The notes: generated from the sequence alone by a model not told the origin. Positions 26,177 through 40,276 are shown, numbered from the stretch's first letter. The stretch: DNA of 64,000 bases from Macrostomum lignano (GCA_002269645.1 NIVC01001696.1:184895-248894); one strand, 5' to 3'. Made by a program: numbers and translations.

Positions 26177-29100
26177 TTACGCAACTGAGACGCCGCCGCT
26201 GCTGCCCCCGCTTCCCCCTAGCAACGGCGCGTCGGCTCCCTGATTGGCTAATCGATCGGCCATCTCGTTACCATGGTTACCAGAGTGGCCGCGAACGTGG
26301 CGAAAATTCACGCGAACCCTGGTGCTGTCCAGCAGGTCAGCCAAGGATTCGATTTCCTGTCTCACACGGACTGTGCCGCCGTCTGAGAGGCGCCACCCGT
26401 TGCGGCGCCATTTTGGTAGCCAGGCTGTCAGGCAGCTGATCAGGAACTGGCTGTCAGTGCGCACCTGGGGGGGGGGTGACAGATATGCCAGTGCGATTAC
26501 CGACTATTCTGCTACCCACTATTCTGCCCCACTCTACTCCCCAATCTACTCCCGAATCTACTCCCCACTCTACTCCCCAATCTACTCCCCACTCTACTCC
26601 CCAATCTACTCCCCACTCTAATCCCTAATCTACTCCCCAATCTACTCCCCACCCTACTCCCTAATCTACTCCCCACTCTACTCCCCACTCTACTCCCCAA
26701 TCTACTCCCCACTCTACTCCCCAATCTACTCCCCACTCTAATCCCTAATCTACTCCCCACCCTACTCCCTAATCTACTCCCCACTCTACTCCCCACTCTA
26801 CTCCCGACTCTACGCCCCACTGAACTCTCGAATCTACTCCCGAATCTACTCCCGAATCTACTCCTGAATCTACTCCCGAATCTACTCCTTACTCTACTCT
26901 CGAATCTACTCCCGAATCTACTCCCTACTCTACTCCCGAATCTACTCCCTACTCTACTCCCGAATCTACTCCCTACTCTACTCCCGAATCTACTCCCTAC
27001 TCTACTCCCGAATCTACTCCCTACTCTACTCCCGAATCTACTCCCTACTCTACTCCCGAATCTACTCCCTACTCTACTCCCGAATCTACTCCCTACTCTA
27101 CTCCCGAATCTACTCCCTACTCTACTCCCGAATCTACTCCCTACTCTACTCCCGAATCTACTCCCTACTCTACTCCCGAATCTACTCCCGAATCTACTCC
27201 CCACTCTACTCCCAAATCTACTCCCCACTCTACTCCCGAATCTACTCCCCACTCTACAGTCTACAACCAACTTTACTCCCCACTCTACCCCTACTCTACA
27301 ACCAACTCTACCCCCCACTCTACTCCTACTTTACTTCCGACTCCACTCCTCACTCCACCCTAATCTACTCTTTATTCAACTATCTAGTGTCTACTCTACT
27401 CCCTACCTCCAGAGCCTCCACGCCCTCCCTCTCGGCAATCTCCACGGCCCGTTTCGCCGCGGCGATCTCGGCGGCATTGTTAGTCTGCCTGCCGGGGTGC
27501 CGCTCCGCCACATTCCACGGGTGCCCGTCGCCAAAATAGACCCCGATGCCTGCCCGAGAGTTGTCCCGGCCGTTGCTATGACAGGCGCCGTCTGTGTACA
27601 CGATGAGGGCGGGTTGGCCGGCGGCGGTGTGGGGCTTCGCTTCCGCTTTGTGCCCTGCGGTGGGAAGAATGGGAAGAGAGTTGGGCGCGAATAATCGAGC
27701 CAATAAAATCTCTACTTTTGAAAATAATTTCAAAAAGATCTTGTCTCTCGAGAGATGGGATTTCTTTAAATCTCTAACCCCTTAGAATTGGTTTCTAAAA
27801 ATGTCAAAATCTAACTCTATCTTAGGATAAATTGCTTAAAATCTCACTATCTCAGAATAGATTTCTAAAATCTCCTCCTATCTGAGGATGGATAACTCAA
27901 AATCTCACCCCACCTCCGGATGTATTTCTCAAAATCTAACCTTATTTTGAATTTATTCCTTAAATATCACTCCATCACAATATGGATAACTCAAAATCCC
28001 ACCCTGTCTCAGGATAGATTTCTCGAAATATCACCCTGTCCCATGATGGATTCCTCAATCTCACCCTATCTTAGGATGGATTCCTTAAAATCTCACCCTA
28101 TCTTAGGATGGATTCCTTAAAATCTCACCCTATCTTAGGATGGATTCTTTAAAATCTCACTCTATCTAAGGATGGATTCTTTAAATTCTCACTCTATCTA
28201 AGGATGAATTCTTTAAATTCTCACTCTATCTAAGGATGGATTCTTTAAATTCTCACTCTATCTAAGGATGGATTCTTTAAATTCTCACTCTATCTAAGGA
28301 TGGATTCTTTAAATTCTCACTCTATCTAAGGATGGATTCTTTAAAATCTCACCCTAAGGATGGACTCCTCAAAATCTCACCCTATCTTAGGATGGATTCC
28401 TTAAAATCTCACCCTATCTTGGGATGGATTCCTTAAAATCTCACCCTATCTTAGGATGGATTATTCAAAATCTCACCCTATCTCAGGATGGATAATTAAA
28501 AATCTCACCCTATCTTAGGATGGATTCCTTAAAATCTCACCCTATCTTAGGATGGATTCTTTAAAATCTCACCCTATCTTAGGATGGATTCCTTAAAATC
28601 TCACCCTATCTTAGGATGGATTCCTTAAAATCTCACCCTATCTTAGGATGGATTCTTTAAAATCTCACCCTAAGGATGGATTCTTTAAAATCTCACCCTA
28701 TCTAAGGATGGATTCTTTAAAATCTCCCCCTAAGGATGGACTTCTCAAAATCTCACCCTATCTCAGGATGGATTATACAAAATCTCACCCTATCTTAGGA
28801 TGGATTTTTCAAAATCTCACCCTATCTCAGGATGGATTATTAAAAATCTCACCCTATCTCAGGATGGATTATTAAAAATCTCACCCTATCTCATGATGGA
28901 TTTTTCAAAATCTCACCCTATCTCAGGATGGATTTTTCAAAATCTCACCCTATCTCAGGATGGATTTTTCAAAATCTCACCCTATCTCAGGATGGATTAT
29001 TCAAAATCTCACCCTATCTCAGGATGGATTCTTTAAATGCTCTCTCTATCTAAGGATGGATTCTTTAAATTCTCACTCTATCTAAGGATGGATTCTTTAA

Positions 29101-30017
29101 AATCTCACTCTATCTAAGGATGGATTCTTTAAAATCTCACCCTATCTAAGGATGGTCTCCTCAAAATCTCACCCTATCTTGGGATGGATTCATGCAAAAT
29201 TTCACCCTATCTCAGGATGGATTTTTCAAAATCTCACCCTATCTCAGGATGGATTATTCAAAATCTCACCCTATCTCAGGATGGATTCTTTAAATGCTCT
29301 CTCTATCTAAGGATGGATTCTTTAAATTCTCACTCTATCTAAGGATGGATTCTTTAAAATCTCACTCTATCTAAGGATGGATTCTTTAAAATCTCACCCT
29401 ATCTAAGGATGGTCTCCTCAAAATCTCACCCTATCTTGGGATGGATTCATGCAAAATTTCACCCTATCTCAGGATGGATTTCTCAAAAGCTCACCATATT
29501 TTAGGATGGATTTCTCAAAATCTCAAAACAAAGAAACTTTTGAGCTTACTACTTCCCAATAAGATTGGTGAGTAGAACCGTGCGAATATGACAATTAAAA
29601 TGTATTTCACATGATGACGCTAACCTGATGAGGCTGATGCGGATACGGCTGTTGCTGATGAAGCTGCGGATTCTGCGGCCGTTGCTGCCTAGCAACCGAC
29701 GTCACCACCGAGCCGTCCTGACACACTGTGGCAACAAAAGCAGTGGAAGAAGTCGAAGCCGCAGCGGCGCCGGTTTGAAATCCGCCTGACAACGACTTAG
29801 CAACGGTTGCTAGGCTGGGCGGGCCTTTAGATTTTTTACTAGCTCCCGTACTAACCCTGGGCGGAGTGTGCGGCGCGCTGACAAACATCTGAGCCTCTTC
29901 AACTGTTGAGAACTTTTTATACCTGGCACCGGGAAAGCCAACCACCTGTGCTTGGCATTCAAGCCAGGTGTTAAATACACCTGTTACTAATCCGCGTTTT
30001 ACAGCGTAGAATGGCAT
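26177..30017 (-). CDS. RNASEH1: Ribonuclease H1, complement(join(26177..26464,27407..27654,29625..30017)), with an apparent 1-nt deletion near 27607-27613; about 309 aa from MPFY, possible 27-aa N-terminal extension
   Basis: N-terminal hybrid-binding domain (FYAVKRG..GVFNTWLECQAQVVGFPGARYKKF); catalytic D/E/D/D in VYTDG, QTNNAAEI, TDS, HVRGHSG..GNEMADRLA; two GT-AG introns. Confidence 0.93.
26505..27400. repeat. 12-bp minisatellite (TCTACTCCCGAA/TCTACTCCCTAC) filling RNASEH1 intron 2
   Basis: 12/24-bp periodicity; G-rich on the transcribed sense. Confidence 0.97.
27830..29525. repeat. 32-bp minisatellite (AAAATCTCACCCTATCTTAGGATGGATTCCTT) filling RNASEH1 intron 1
   Basis: 32-bp periodicity, about 50 copies. 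Confidence 0.97.
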
Positions 30018-30199
30018 CCGGCAAGGCGGAGCTGGCGCAGCTGATAATAATATTAATGACGTCGGGTGACGGACGGCGGTGACTGCTGATCTGATCTGCA
30101 AGTGCGTGTGTCGGTTGGTTGGCTGTTAGTGTAATGCCTATTGACTGGTTTGTTATTCAGTGCTCATCATTTTAATTTCATTTGTTGCAATGTTGCTGG

Positions 30200-31245
30200 T
30201 TATCTATCTCACCCTTCAGCTTATCTATCTCACCCATCAGCTTATCTATCTCACCCTTTAGCTTATCTATCTCACCCTTCAGCTTATCTATCTCACCCTC
30301 CAGCTTATCTATCTCACGCTTAAGCTTATCTATCTCACCCTTCAGCTTATCTATCTCACCATTCAGCTTATCTATGTCACCCTTATGCTTATCTATCTAA
30401 CCCTTAGATGATCCATCTCACCCATATGCTTATTTGTCTCAACCTTAAGCTTATCCATCTCACCATTATGGTTATCTATCTCATCCTAATGGTTATCCGT
30501 CTCACTCGACTCTATGCTTATCTATCTCACCCTTCAGCTTATCTATCTCACTCTTCTACTTATCTATCTCACCCTTATGCTTATCTATCTCACCCTTCAG
30601 CTTATCTATCTCACCCATCAGCTTATCTATCTCACCCATCAGCTTATCTATCTCACCTATCAGCTTATCTATCTCACCCTTAAGCTTATCTATCTCACCC
30701 TTCTACTTATCTATCTCACCCTTCTACTTATCTACCTCACCCATCAGCTTATCTACCTCACCCATCAGCTTATCTATCTCACCCATCAGCTTATCTATCT
30801 CACCCTTCAGCTTATCTATCTCACCATTCAGCTTATCTATGTCACCCTTATGCTTATCTATCTAACCCTTAGATTATCCATCTCACCCATATGCTTATTT
30901 GTCTCAACCTTAAGCTTATCCATCTCACCATTATGGTTATCTATCTCATCCTAATGGTTATCCGTCTCACTCGACTCTATGCTTATCTATCTCACCCTTC
31001 AGCTTATCTATCTCACTCTTCTACTTATCTATCTCACCCTTATGCTTATCTATCTCACCCATCAGCTTATCTATCTCACCCTTCAGCTTATCTATCTAAC
31101 CCTTAGATTATCCATCTCACCCATCAGCTTATCTATCTCACCCTTCAGCTTATCTATCTAACCCTTAGATTATCCATCTCACCCATCAACTTATCTATCT
31201 CACCCTTCAGCTTATCTATCTCACCCATTAGCTTATATATATCAT
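30200..31245. repeat. 21-bp minisatellite A (GCTTATCTATCTCACCCTTCA)
   Basis: 21-bp periodicity with a duplicated diverged block (about 30400-30520 vs 30860-30985). Confidence 0.95.
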
Positions 31246-31259
31246 CCTTATGCTTATCT

Positions 31260-32430
31260 GTCTCACCCTTAATCTCACCCCATTGATCTACTGTCTCATC
31301 TTTTTGATCTACAATCTCACCCCATCGATCTACTATCTCACCCCATTAATCTACTATCTCACCCCATTGATCTCCTATCTCTCCCCATTGATCTACTATC
31401 TCACCCCATTAATCTACTATCTCACCCCATTGATCTCCTATCTCTCCCCATTGATCTACTATCTCACCCCATTGATATACTATCTCACTCCATTGATCTA
31501 CTATCTCACCCCATTGATATACTATCTCACTCCATTGATATACTATCTCACTCCATTGATATACTATCTCACCCCATTGATCTCCTATCTCTCCCCATTG
31601 ATCTACTATCTCACCCCATTGATCTACTATCTCACCCCATTGATTTACTATCTCACCCCATTGATCTACTATCTCACCCCATTGATATACTATCTCACTC
31701 CATTGATATACTATCTCACCCCATTGATATACTATCTCACTCCATTGATATACTATCTCACTCCATTGATATACTATCTCACCCCATTGATCTCCTATCT
31801 CTCCCCATTGATCTACTATCTCACCCCATTGATCTACTATCTCACCCCATTGATCTACTATCTCACCCCATTGATTTACTATCTCACCCCATTGATTTAC
31901 TATCTCACCCCATTGATCTACTATCTCACCCCATTAATCTACTATCTCACCCCATTGATCTCCTATCTCTCCCCATTGATCTACTATCTCACCCCATTGA
32001 TCTACTATCTCACTCCATTGATCTACTATCTCACTCCATTGATCTACTATCTCACTCCATTGATATACTATCTCACCCCATTGATCTACTATCTCACCCC
32101 ATTGATCTACTATCTCACTCCATTGATCTACTATCTCACTCCATTGATATACTATCTCACTCCATTGATCTACTATCTCACTCCATTGATATACTATCTC
32201 ACCCCATTGATTTACTATCTCACCCCATTGATCTACTATCTCACCCCATTGATCTACTATCTCACTCCATTGATCTACTATCTCACTCCATTGATCTACT
32301 ATCCCACCTCATTTATCTAAAATCTCACCCCATTGATGTTCTATCTCACCCTACTGTTCTACTATCTAACCCCATTGATCTACTATCTCACCCCATTAAT
32401 CTACTATCTAACCCCATTGATCTACTATGT
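31260..32430. repeat. 21-bp minisatellite B (GATCTACTATCTCACCCCATT)
   Basis: Source of the LIYYLTP pseudo-ORF; abuts array A. Confidence 0.97.
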
Positions 32431-33351
32431 CTATCTCCAACGGATCTATTGTGCACTAAAAGCATCTCAAAATTTCTACTTTAAATCGCAAGCATTCACT
32501 GTTTTCTTAACTCCCACTTACCTAGCTATTCTACCCTCCTAGCCGCCTAGGAGTAAAGTAAGAAAATATCAAACAGTAATATGCAGAACATAAGAAGCAA
32601 GCAAATTTTGAGCAGGTTAGACAACTCAAATTTATTTTTAATGGCAAGCTGAAATAAAATTACTCTATCAGAAATTATATAATTGTTAATCATAAATGAA
32701 TTCAGGATATTGCTGCAATAAATTGAAGAGGAATCAATGCTTAAACACTTACTATATAATTTTTTGCTTAATTAATTAATGGCAACTTATACTTAGAATT
32801 TAAATATCAGATAAAATTTATTATGCTACTTGCTGTAAGTACGTTATTAGATTTTTTAAATTATTTAATTAAGCACCAAATTAAATATTATTTTGATAAT
32901 ATACATAACTACTGCATTTCTGAATAAGCATTTATTAATTATTAATTAGAAAATCAAATGTCAGCAAAAAAGAAAATCTCTTTATGTATACATATTACAG
33001 TGTGTGTTCGAAACATATTAAAAAAGTTAGAGAAACTATACATACTACTGTTTCATTGAGAGCTGATATCACTAGGAACTAAGGCCAAAATTTTAACATT
33101 AATTTAATAATAAAATCATGATAATTTTGCTCATAATTAAAAAGCAATAATCATAAAATATACGCGGCATATTATACCTCTAGTGAATAATGAATTATAA
33201 AGGAATAAAAATATTTGACACAAGAAAGTTCAGCAGTAACACACAATAACTCAAGGCGGAGTTGAAGGAAGGGCATTAAACAATTGCAATAAAAATAAGT
33301 TTCCATTTTAAAAGAGCAAATCGAGGATTAAAAAGTCTTGATATATGACTC

Positions 33352-33902
33352 GCTAGATTAGCAACCCATTCTATTCCAATTGATCCGTGATTGATTGGCT
33401 AGATTAGCAATCCATTCTATTCCAATTGATCCGTGATTGTTTGGCTAGATTAGCAATCCATTCTATTCCAATTGATCCGTGATTGATTGGCTAGATTAGC
33501 AATCCATTCTATTCCAATTGATCCGTGATTGTTTGGCTAGATTAGCAATCCATTCTATTCCAATTGATTTGTGATTGGCTAGATTAGCAATCCATTCTTT
33601 TCCAATTGATCCGTGATTGTTTGGCTAGATTAGCAATCCATTCTATTCCAATTGATTTGTAATTGGCTAGATTAGCAATCCATTCTATTCCAATTGATTT
33701 GTGATTGGCTAGATTAGCAATCCATTCTATTCCAATTGATTTGTGATTGGCTAGATTAGCAATCCATTCTATTCCAATTGATTTGGGATTGATTGGCTAG
33801 ATTAGCAATCCATTCTATTCCAATTGATTTGTGATTGGCTAGATTAGCAATCCATTCTATTCCAATTGATTCGTGATTGATTGGCTAGATTAGCAATCCA
33901 TT
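33352..33902. repeat. 42/46-bp minisatellite (GGCTAGATTAGCAATCCATTCTATTCCAATTGAT...)
   Basis: About 12 copies, downstream of the ANKRD6-like stop. Confidence 0.95.
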
Positions 33903-34087
33903 GTACTTCGGATTAGAATTATTTTCATGAAAAATGGATCACAAATGAATTATGAATAGTACGTTCAAAAATTCGCAAATTGCAAGCAGGTGCACTACTA
34001 ATTAAGTACTAACTATCAGACACAAACATTATTATGTATGCAATCGGCGCTGTGACGCGCTAAGCCTGCTGAAAATGGAGTTTACAA

Positions 34088-37000
34088 TCACAGGAATCTT
34101 AGCTTGGGATCCAAGTAAATCTTCTGTTCCATAGACATTTCTGAACTCTGGTCGGCTTTGAATCGTTGAGAAGAACCTGAATTGGCCGTCCCATCTTTGT
34201 CGACAGGCGGCTGTTGAACAGGCGCGACGGCTGCGGCAGCAGCGGCGCCTTCCTGACTGTCAGGCTGACGCTGCTGATGAAGCTGGCTCCCCAGCGACTC
34301 GGAATTAGCCATGGCGGATGTCACAACTACAGATGAAGAGTCAGAGGCTGCCGCTTTTAAAATTGAAATACCGTTTGCACTTGTTGGCGAGTCCACGGGT
34401 CTTTGGCGATTGTCGTCGGCGCGATTCGCTGCGGGAATTGGGATCAAATTTATCAATCCATTTCTTTGATTAGTAAGCATGATCAATCTATCAACCAATC
34501 ATCAATCTATCAACTAATCATCATCTATCAACCAATCATCAATCTATCAACCAATCATCAATCTATCAACCAATCATCAATCTATCAACCAATCATCAAT
34601 CTATCAACCAATCATCAATCTATCAACTAATCATCAATCTATCAACCAATCATCAATCTATCAACTAATCATCAATCTATCAACCAATCATCATCTATCA
34701 ACCAATCATCAATCTATCAACCAATCATCAATCTATCAACCAATCATCAATCTATCAACCAATCATCAATCTATCAACTAATCATCAATCTATCAACTAA
34801 TCATCATCTATCAACCAATCATCAATCTATCAACTAATCATCATCTATCAACCAATCATCAATCTATCAACCAATCATCAATCTATCAACCAATCATCAA
34901 TCTATCAACCAATCATCAATCTATCAACCAATCATCAATCTATCAACCAATCATCAATCTATCAACCAATCATCAATCTATCAACTAATCATCAATCTAT
35001 CAACCAATCATCAATCTATCAACCAATCATCAATCTATCAACCAATCATCAATCTATCAACCAATCATCAATCTATCAACTAATCATCAATCTATCAACC
35101 AATCATCAATCTATCAACCAATCATCAATCTATCAACCAATCATCAATCTATCAACTAATCATCAATCTATCAACCAATCATCAATCTATCAACTAATCA
35201 TCAATCTATCAAACAATCATCAATCTATCAACCAATCATCAATCTATCAACCAATTATCAATCTATCAACCAATCATCAATCTATCAAACAATCATCAAT
35301 CTATCAACCAATCATCAATCTATCAACCAATTATCAATCTATAAATTAATCATCAATCTATCAACAAATCATCTATCTATCAATCTATCAACCAATCATC
35401 AATCCATCTATCAATCATCAATTTATCAACAAATCATCAATCTATCTACCAATCTATCAACCAATCATTAATCTATATATTAATCATTAATCGATCAACA
35501 AATCATCAATCTATCAATTAATCATCAATCTATCAACAAATCATCAATCACTAAGCAACGGTCACCTTTCCGCCAGGCCATAGCCTGATCAACCGGCACT
35601 GTGGTGACGCCGCGTCCGCCGCCACCGCTAGACGGCGGAGAAGTCGGCGAAATCGACTCGGACGTCGGCGTCATGGATGCGACAGCCGGTCCCCGGCGTC
35701 CAAACTGCGGCCCTCCACCCGGTAAGCCGGACTGCATAGCCAATTGCATTCGAGTCTTCTCAGCTTGAGTTTTCACTTTGTAGCCGGACATTGACAAAGA
35801 TTCGTCGCTTCTAGTTCGGTACATGAGCAGCCGCGGCGGCGGCGGAGGCAACGGCAGCTGGGTGTGATGACGGTGCTGACTAGGCGGAAGCTGGGACTGG
35901 TACAGCAGCGACTGACGGTTGAATGCGACAGAGTTGCCGTTGGCCGCTTCGGCGCCGTGCCACTCTCGGTAGCCGTGCTCGATGCAGGCGTGAATGCCCA
36001 GGTGACAGGTGCAGCTGCTGGGTATCGCCTGGAGTGCCCGGTGGGGGACTGCTCAGGTGTCTTTAACGGTAGGAATGCCAAGCCATTTTTCCACCCGTCA
36101 AACTAACAAGAGGGCGGAATTCCTCCCCCCCCCCTGGCATTTTTGCTGCGCCGTATTGGAGCAACGCAGGCCCACGAAATTCAAGAACACGGGCAAACTT
36201 TTTATTGCGCACCTTCTCAAACAAGAGTCAAGTCGCCAGCCCTCCGGACTGTCGAGATATTCGACGATTCTGCCAGAAGGTCGAATTTTTCCATAAGCGC
36301 CAGTGTATTCAGTACACCCCTGTGCGCCAATCAGCACTGCGCCTCGGTGCAGCCTTGCCAAGTCCCGAAATTTCAAAATCAAAAACCAATCCGGGTGATG
36401 ATGGAATGCTTGAGAGGCCAGCTGAGGATGTCCAGCAGTTGATTTTTGCCCACTGTCGAGGCTTGATCAGCGAAACTAGAGAAATTCTTATCAGGCTGTC
36501 CATAGTCACCTGGTGCTACCTGTTGAAGGTCCAGAAGCTCTGCCTGGGTGAAGGCTAGTGCCCAACGAAGCCAGCGCTGATGCAGACACATGTGGTCGAC
36601 GTGCTGTTGAAATTTCGGAACTTGGCAAGGCTGCACCGAGGCGCAGTGCTGATTGGCGCACAGGGGTGTACTGAATACACTGGCGCTTATGGGAAAGTCC
36701 GACCTTCTGGCAGAATCGTCGAATATCTCGACGGTCCGGAGGGCTGGCGACTTGACTCTTGTTTAAGAAGGTGCGCAATAAAAAGTTGGCCCGTTTTCTT
36801 GAATTTTGTGTGCCTGCGTTGCTATGTTCCGGCGCAGCAAAAACATTGTCAGGGGGGATCCCCCCTCTTGGTAGTTCTACTGTTATTGCGTTTCTTGAAT
36901 GCATGTCAAGGGCATTGTCTATCTCAGGTGTCTGTCTCGGGTGTCTGTCTCAGGTGTCTGTCTCAGGTGTCTGTCTCAGGTGTCTGTCTCAGGTGTCTGT

Positions 37001-40000
37001 TTCAGGTGTCTGTCTCGGGTGTCTGTCTCAGGTGTCTGTCTCGGGTGTCTGTCTCAGGTGTCTGTCTCAGGTGTCTGTCTCAGGTGTCTGTCTCAGGTGT
37101 CTGTCTCAGGTGTCTGTTTCAGGTGTCTGTCTTGGGTATCTGTCTCAGGTGTCTGTCTCTGGTATCTGTCTCATGTGTCTGTCTCGGGTATCTGTCTCAG
37201 GTGTCTGTTTCGGATAGCTGTGCTTATCTGTCCAATTCACACACATCTATAGCACACCGGTTGCCTGTTTCTATGGTAAATGTCTGTATATAAACTTTCC
37301 ATCCGCTCAAGTGTACACCAGCCCACTCACAGACGGTCCTGCCCGAGTGACATGGCTGAAGTGATGTTGAGAAACAATTGGCGCGGCCAAGCGGTCAAAA
37401 TAAGAATTATTAGAGTCACTGCCAACACCGACGGAAGGCGTCTCCCCGGATGACACAGACGACTTCTTGTTGCCATTTTTACGAAACAGACCGGCTAGAG
37501 AGAATTTGAAACCGCTAAAAGATTTTTTAGTCTTTGTTTTGCTTTTAGTCTTGGCCTGTTGCTGTTGCTGCTGCTGCTGCTCAGCGGGTGTCTGGTTCTC
37601 CTGCTCAAGTATCTGTTGTTGCTGAATCGGAACCAACGAACCCTGCGAATGATGAGGCAAGGGTGAAACTGCTGCCATCGCTTGAAAATGTTGTTGCTGC
37701 TGCTGTTGCTGCTGTTGCTGCTGCATAAAAAGCAGATCTGTTCCAGAACTGCCCGAACCAAAGCTTCCACTAGTTGGCGGCGGGTTGTAGCCCATCTCCA
37801 TCGGCTGATGATGCTGATAAGGTAAATGATGCAGATTTGGAGACTGATGAGGCTTCTGGTGCTGCTGATGCTGCTGACTGCGCCTGTGCGACCTGTGCGG
37901 CACCCTGTGCCCACCATACAGCATGTCCAGCACATCGTCGAAGCCTTTCCGACTAGCCACGTCGATAGCCGTTTCATTCTGCCGATTGCGCAACTGCAGA
38001 TCGGCGCTGGAGTCCAGCAACATGCGGATGATTTTCCGACGGCGAAGAGCGCAGGCCACGTGCAAGGCGGAGTCGCCGTTCCGATTGCGAGAGTTCACTC
38101 GGGTGACGGGGCCAGCGCTGAGGAGGATCCTCGCCACACCGGCGTGGCCGTAGCGAGCGGCCGTGTGCAGCGCCGTGTCGCCGAACGTGTTGAGCTTGTT
38201 AGGGTCGGAACCGGCGTAGAGCAGAGCTCTGGTTGACTGGTTGTGACCGTTCTGCACGGCTAGGTGTAGCGGCGTTGCCATGGCAACGTTCTGAGCGTTG
38301 GCGTCGCTTCCAGCGCCGCATAGCAACTCGACTGTTCGAGAGAAGCCGTGCCAGGCGGCCTCGTGTAGAGGCGAGTTGCCGTGACGGTGACTGCGCTGGT
38401 TGGCCGTCTGAAAAAGGGAATGACCGGCATTTTACCCTGTTATGACTGTGCTGAATGACCGGCATTTTACCCTGTTATGACTGTGCTGAATGACCGGCAT
38501 TTTACCCTGTTATGACTGTGCTGAATGACCGGCATTTTACCCTGTTATGACTGTGCTGAATGACCGGCATTTTACCCTGTTATGACTGTGCTGAATGACC
38601 GGCATTTTACCCTGTTATGACTGTGCTGAATGACCGGCATTTTACCCTGTTATGACTATGCCGAATGACCGGCATTTTACCCTGTTATGACTGTGCTGAA
38701 TGACCGGCATTTTACCCTGTTATGACTGTGCCGAATGATCGGCCTTTTACCCTGTTATGACTGTGCCGAATGACCAGCATTTTACCCTGTTATGACTGTG
38801 CCGAATGACCAGCATTTTACCCTGTTATGACTGTGCTGAATGACCAGCATTTTACCCTGTTATGACTATGCCGAATGACCGGCATTTTACCCTGTTATGA
38901 CTGTGCTGAATGACCGGCATTTTACCCTGTTATGACTGTGCCGAATGACCAGCATTTTACCCTGTTATGACTGTGCCGAATGACCAGCATTTTACCCTGT
39001 TATGACTGTGCTGAATGACCGGCATTTTACCCTGTTAAGACTGTTGAATGAAACGCCTACCTGACCCTCCAGCATGAGCAGCTGGACAACCTGCAGATGA
39101 CCGTGCCTGGCAGCCAGGTGCAAAGCTGTCAGACCGCCACTGTCTGTCAGTCCGGCCAGCGGAGTTCGCGACGATGAGGCCGAAGCAGATGGTGGCGGCG
39201 GGGCGTCGAGGAGGAGACGGCAGATCTGTGCGTGACCACCAGCAGCGGCGCAGTGCAACGGCGTGCGACCGTCCTGAGTGTTGAAGAGTGACAAGCGTCA
39301 CAATATTGATGATGGATTGATGACTACTCGGGGGGGGGGAGTTGCAATGCGTAGCTTAGTAGAGGCCGTAGAGTCGTGCTTGAGTTGCTTTAGAATCGCA
39401 CTTCGCATAAAACTCTATTTAGTCTACTTAAATAAGTAGAAAGTTAGGCGCTAAAACAACGACTATTGGATTGACTTATTTTACAATTCTGCAAATCACG
39501 TGATGCGCTTGTGACTCAACAGTCGCCTCTCTCCGTCGCATTACAGTCGTTTGAGTCGTTAAACAGTCACAAGAGACGTCCCAGAGTCGCTAGCGAACGT
39601 ATAAGTCAAAACTTATATATAGAAAAAAAACTATCAACTCTTAACAAAACTGAGTACGATAAATTATACGCTACTTAAAGTAGTGCAAGCGCTAATGCGT
39701 AGTAAAAAACAATTCAATACATATATTGATAGAAAACTAATAATAACGTTGTAAAGTGAACGTAAAACTAACGAAAAAAGCGTAATTGCGCACTTATTAA
39801 GCCTATTATAGCCTACTAACCATAATAGTGATAGAACAATGTTGTAATTGTAAAGCACTTCACTTTCTAAACACTTTGATTAGTAGGCTATATTAGTAAA
39901 GCTTTGAAATAACACTTGTATTTTCTAAACAAAGAACGAACATATCCGTCAGTAGCGAGTACGAGTCTGTCTGTCTGTCTGTCTGTCTTAGTGTCTGTCT

Positions 40001-40029
40001 TAATGTCGGTCTGTCTTATTGTCTGTCTC

Positions 40030-40094
<65 letters not shown>

Positions 40095-40243
40095 TTTAGT
40101 GTCTGTCTGTCTTATTGTCTGTCTTAGTGTCTGTCTTAGTGTCTGTCTTAGTGTCTGTCTGACTGTCTGTCTGTCTTAGTGTTTGTCTGTCTCTCTCTCT
40201 TAGTGTCTGTTTGTCTTATTGTCTGTCTGTCTGTCTGTCTGCC

Positions 40244-40276
<33 letters not shown>

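Noticed and set aside
27830-29525. 1-nt micro-exon (TAG|G|GTGAG in each repeat unit) fixing the RNase H1 phase mismatch
   Set aside because: It would work arithmetically, but one missing C is simpler, yields a sensible KRKRS linker and mirrors the GT92 error.
26177-30017. RNase H as part of a retrotransposon pol gene
   Set aside because: It has the cellular hybrid-binding domain and spliceosomal introns, with no reverse transcriptase or integrase nearby.
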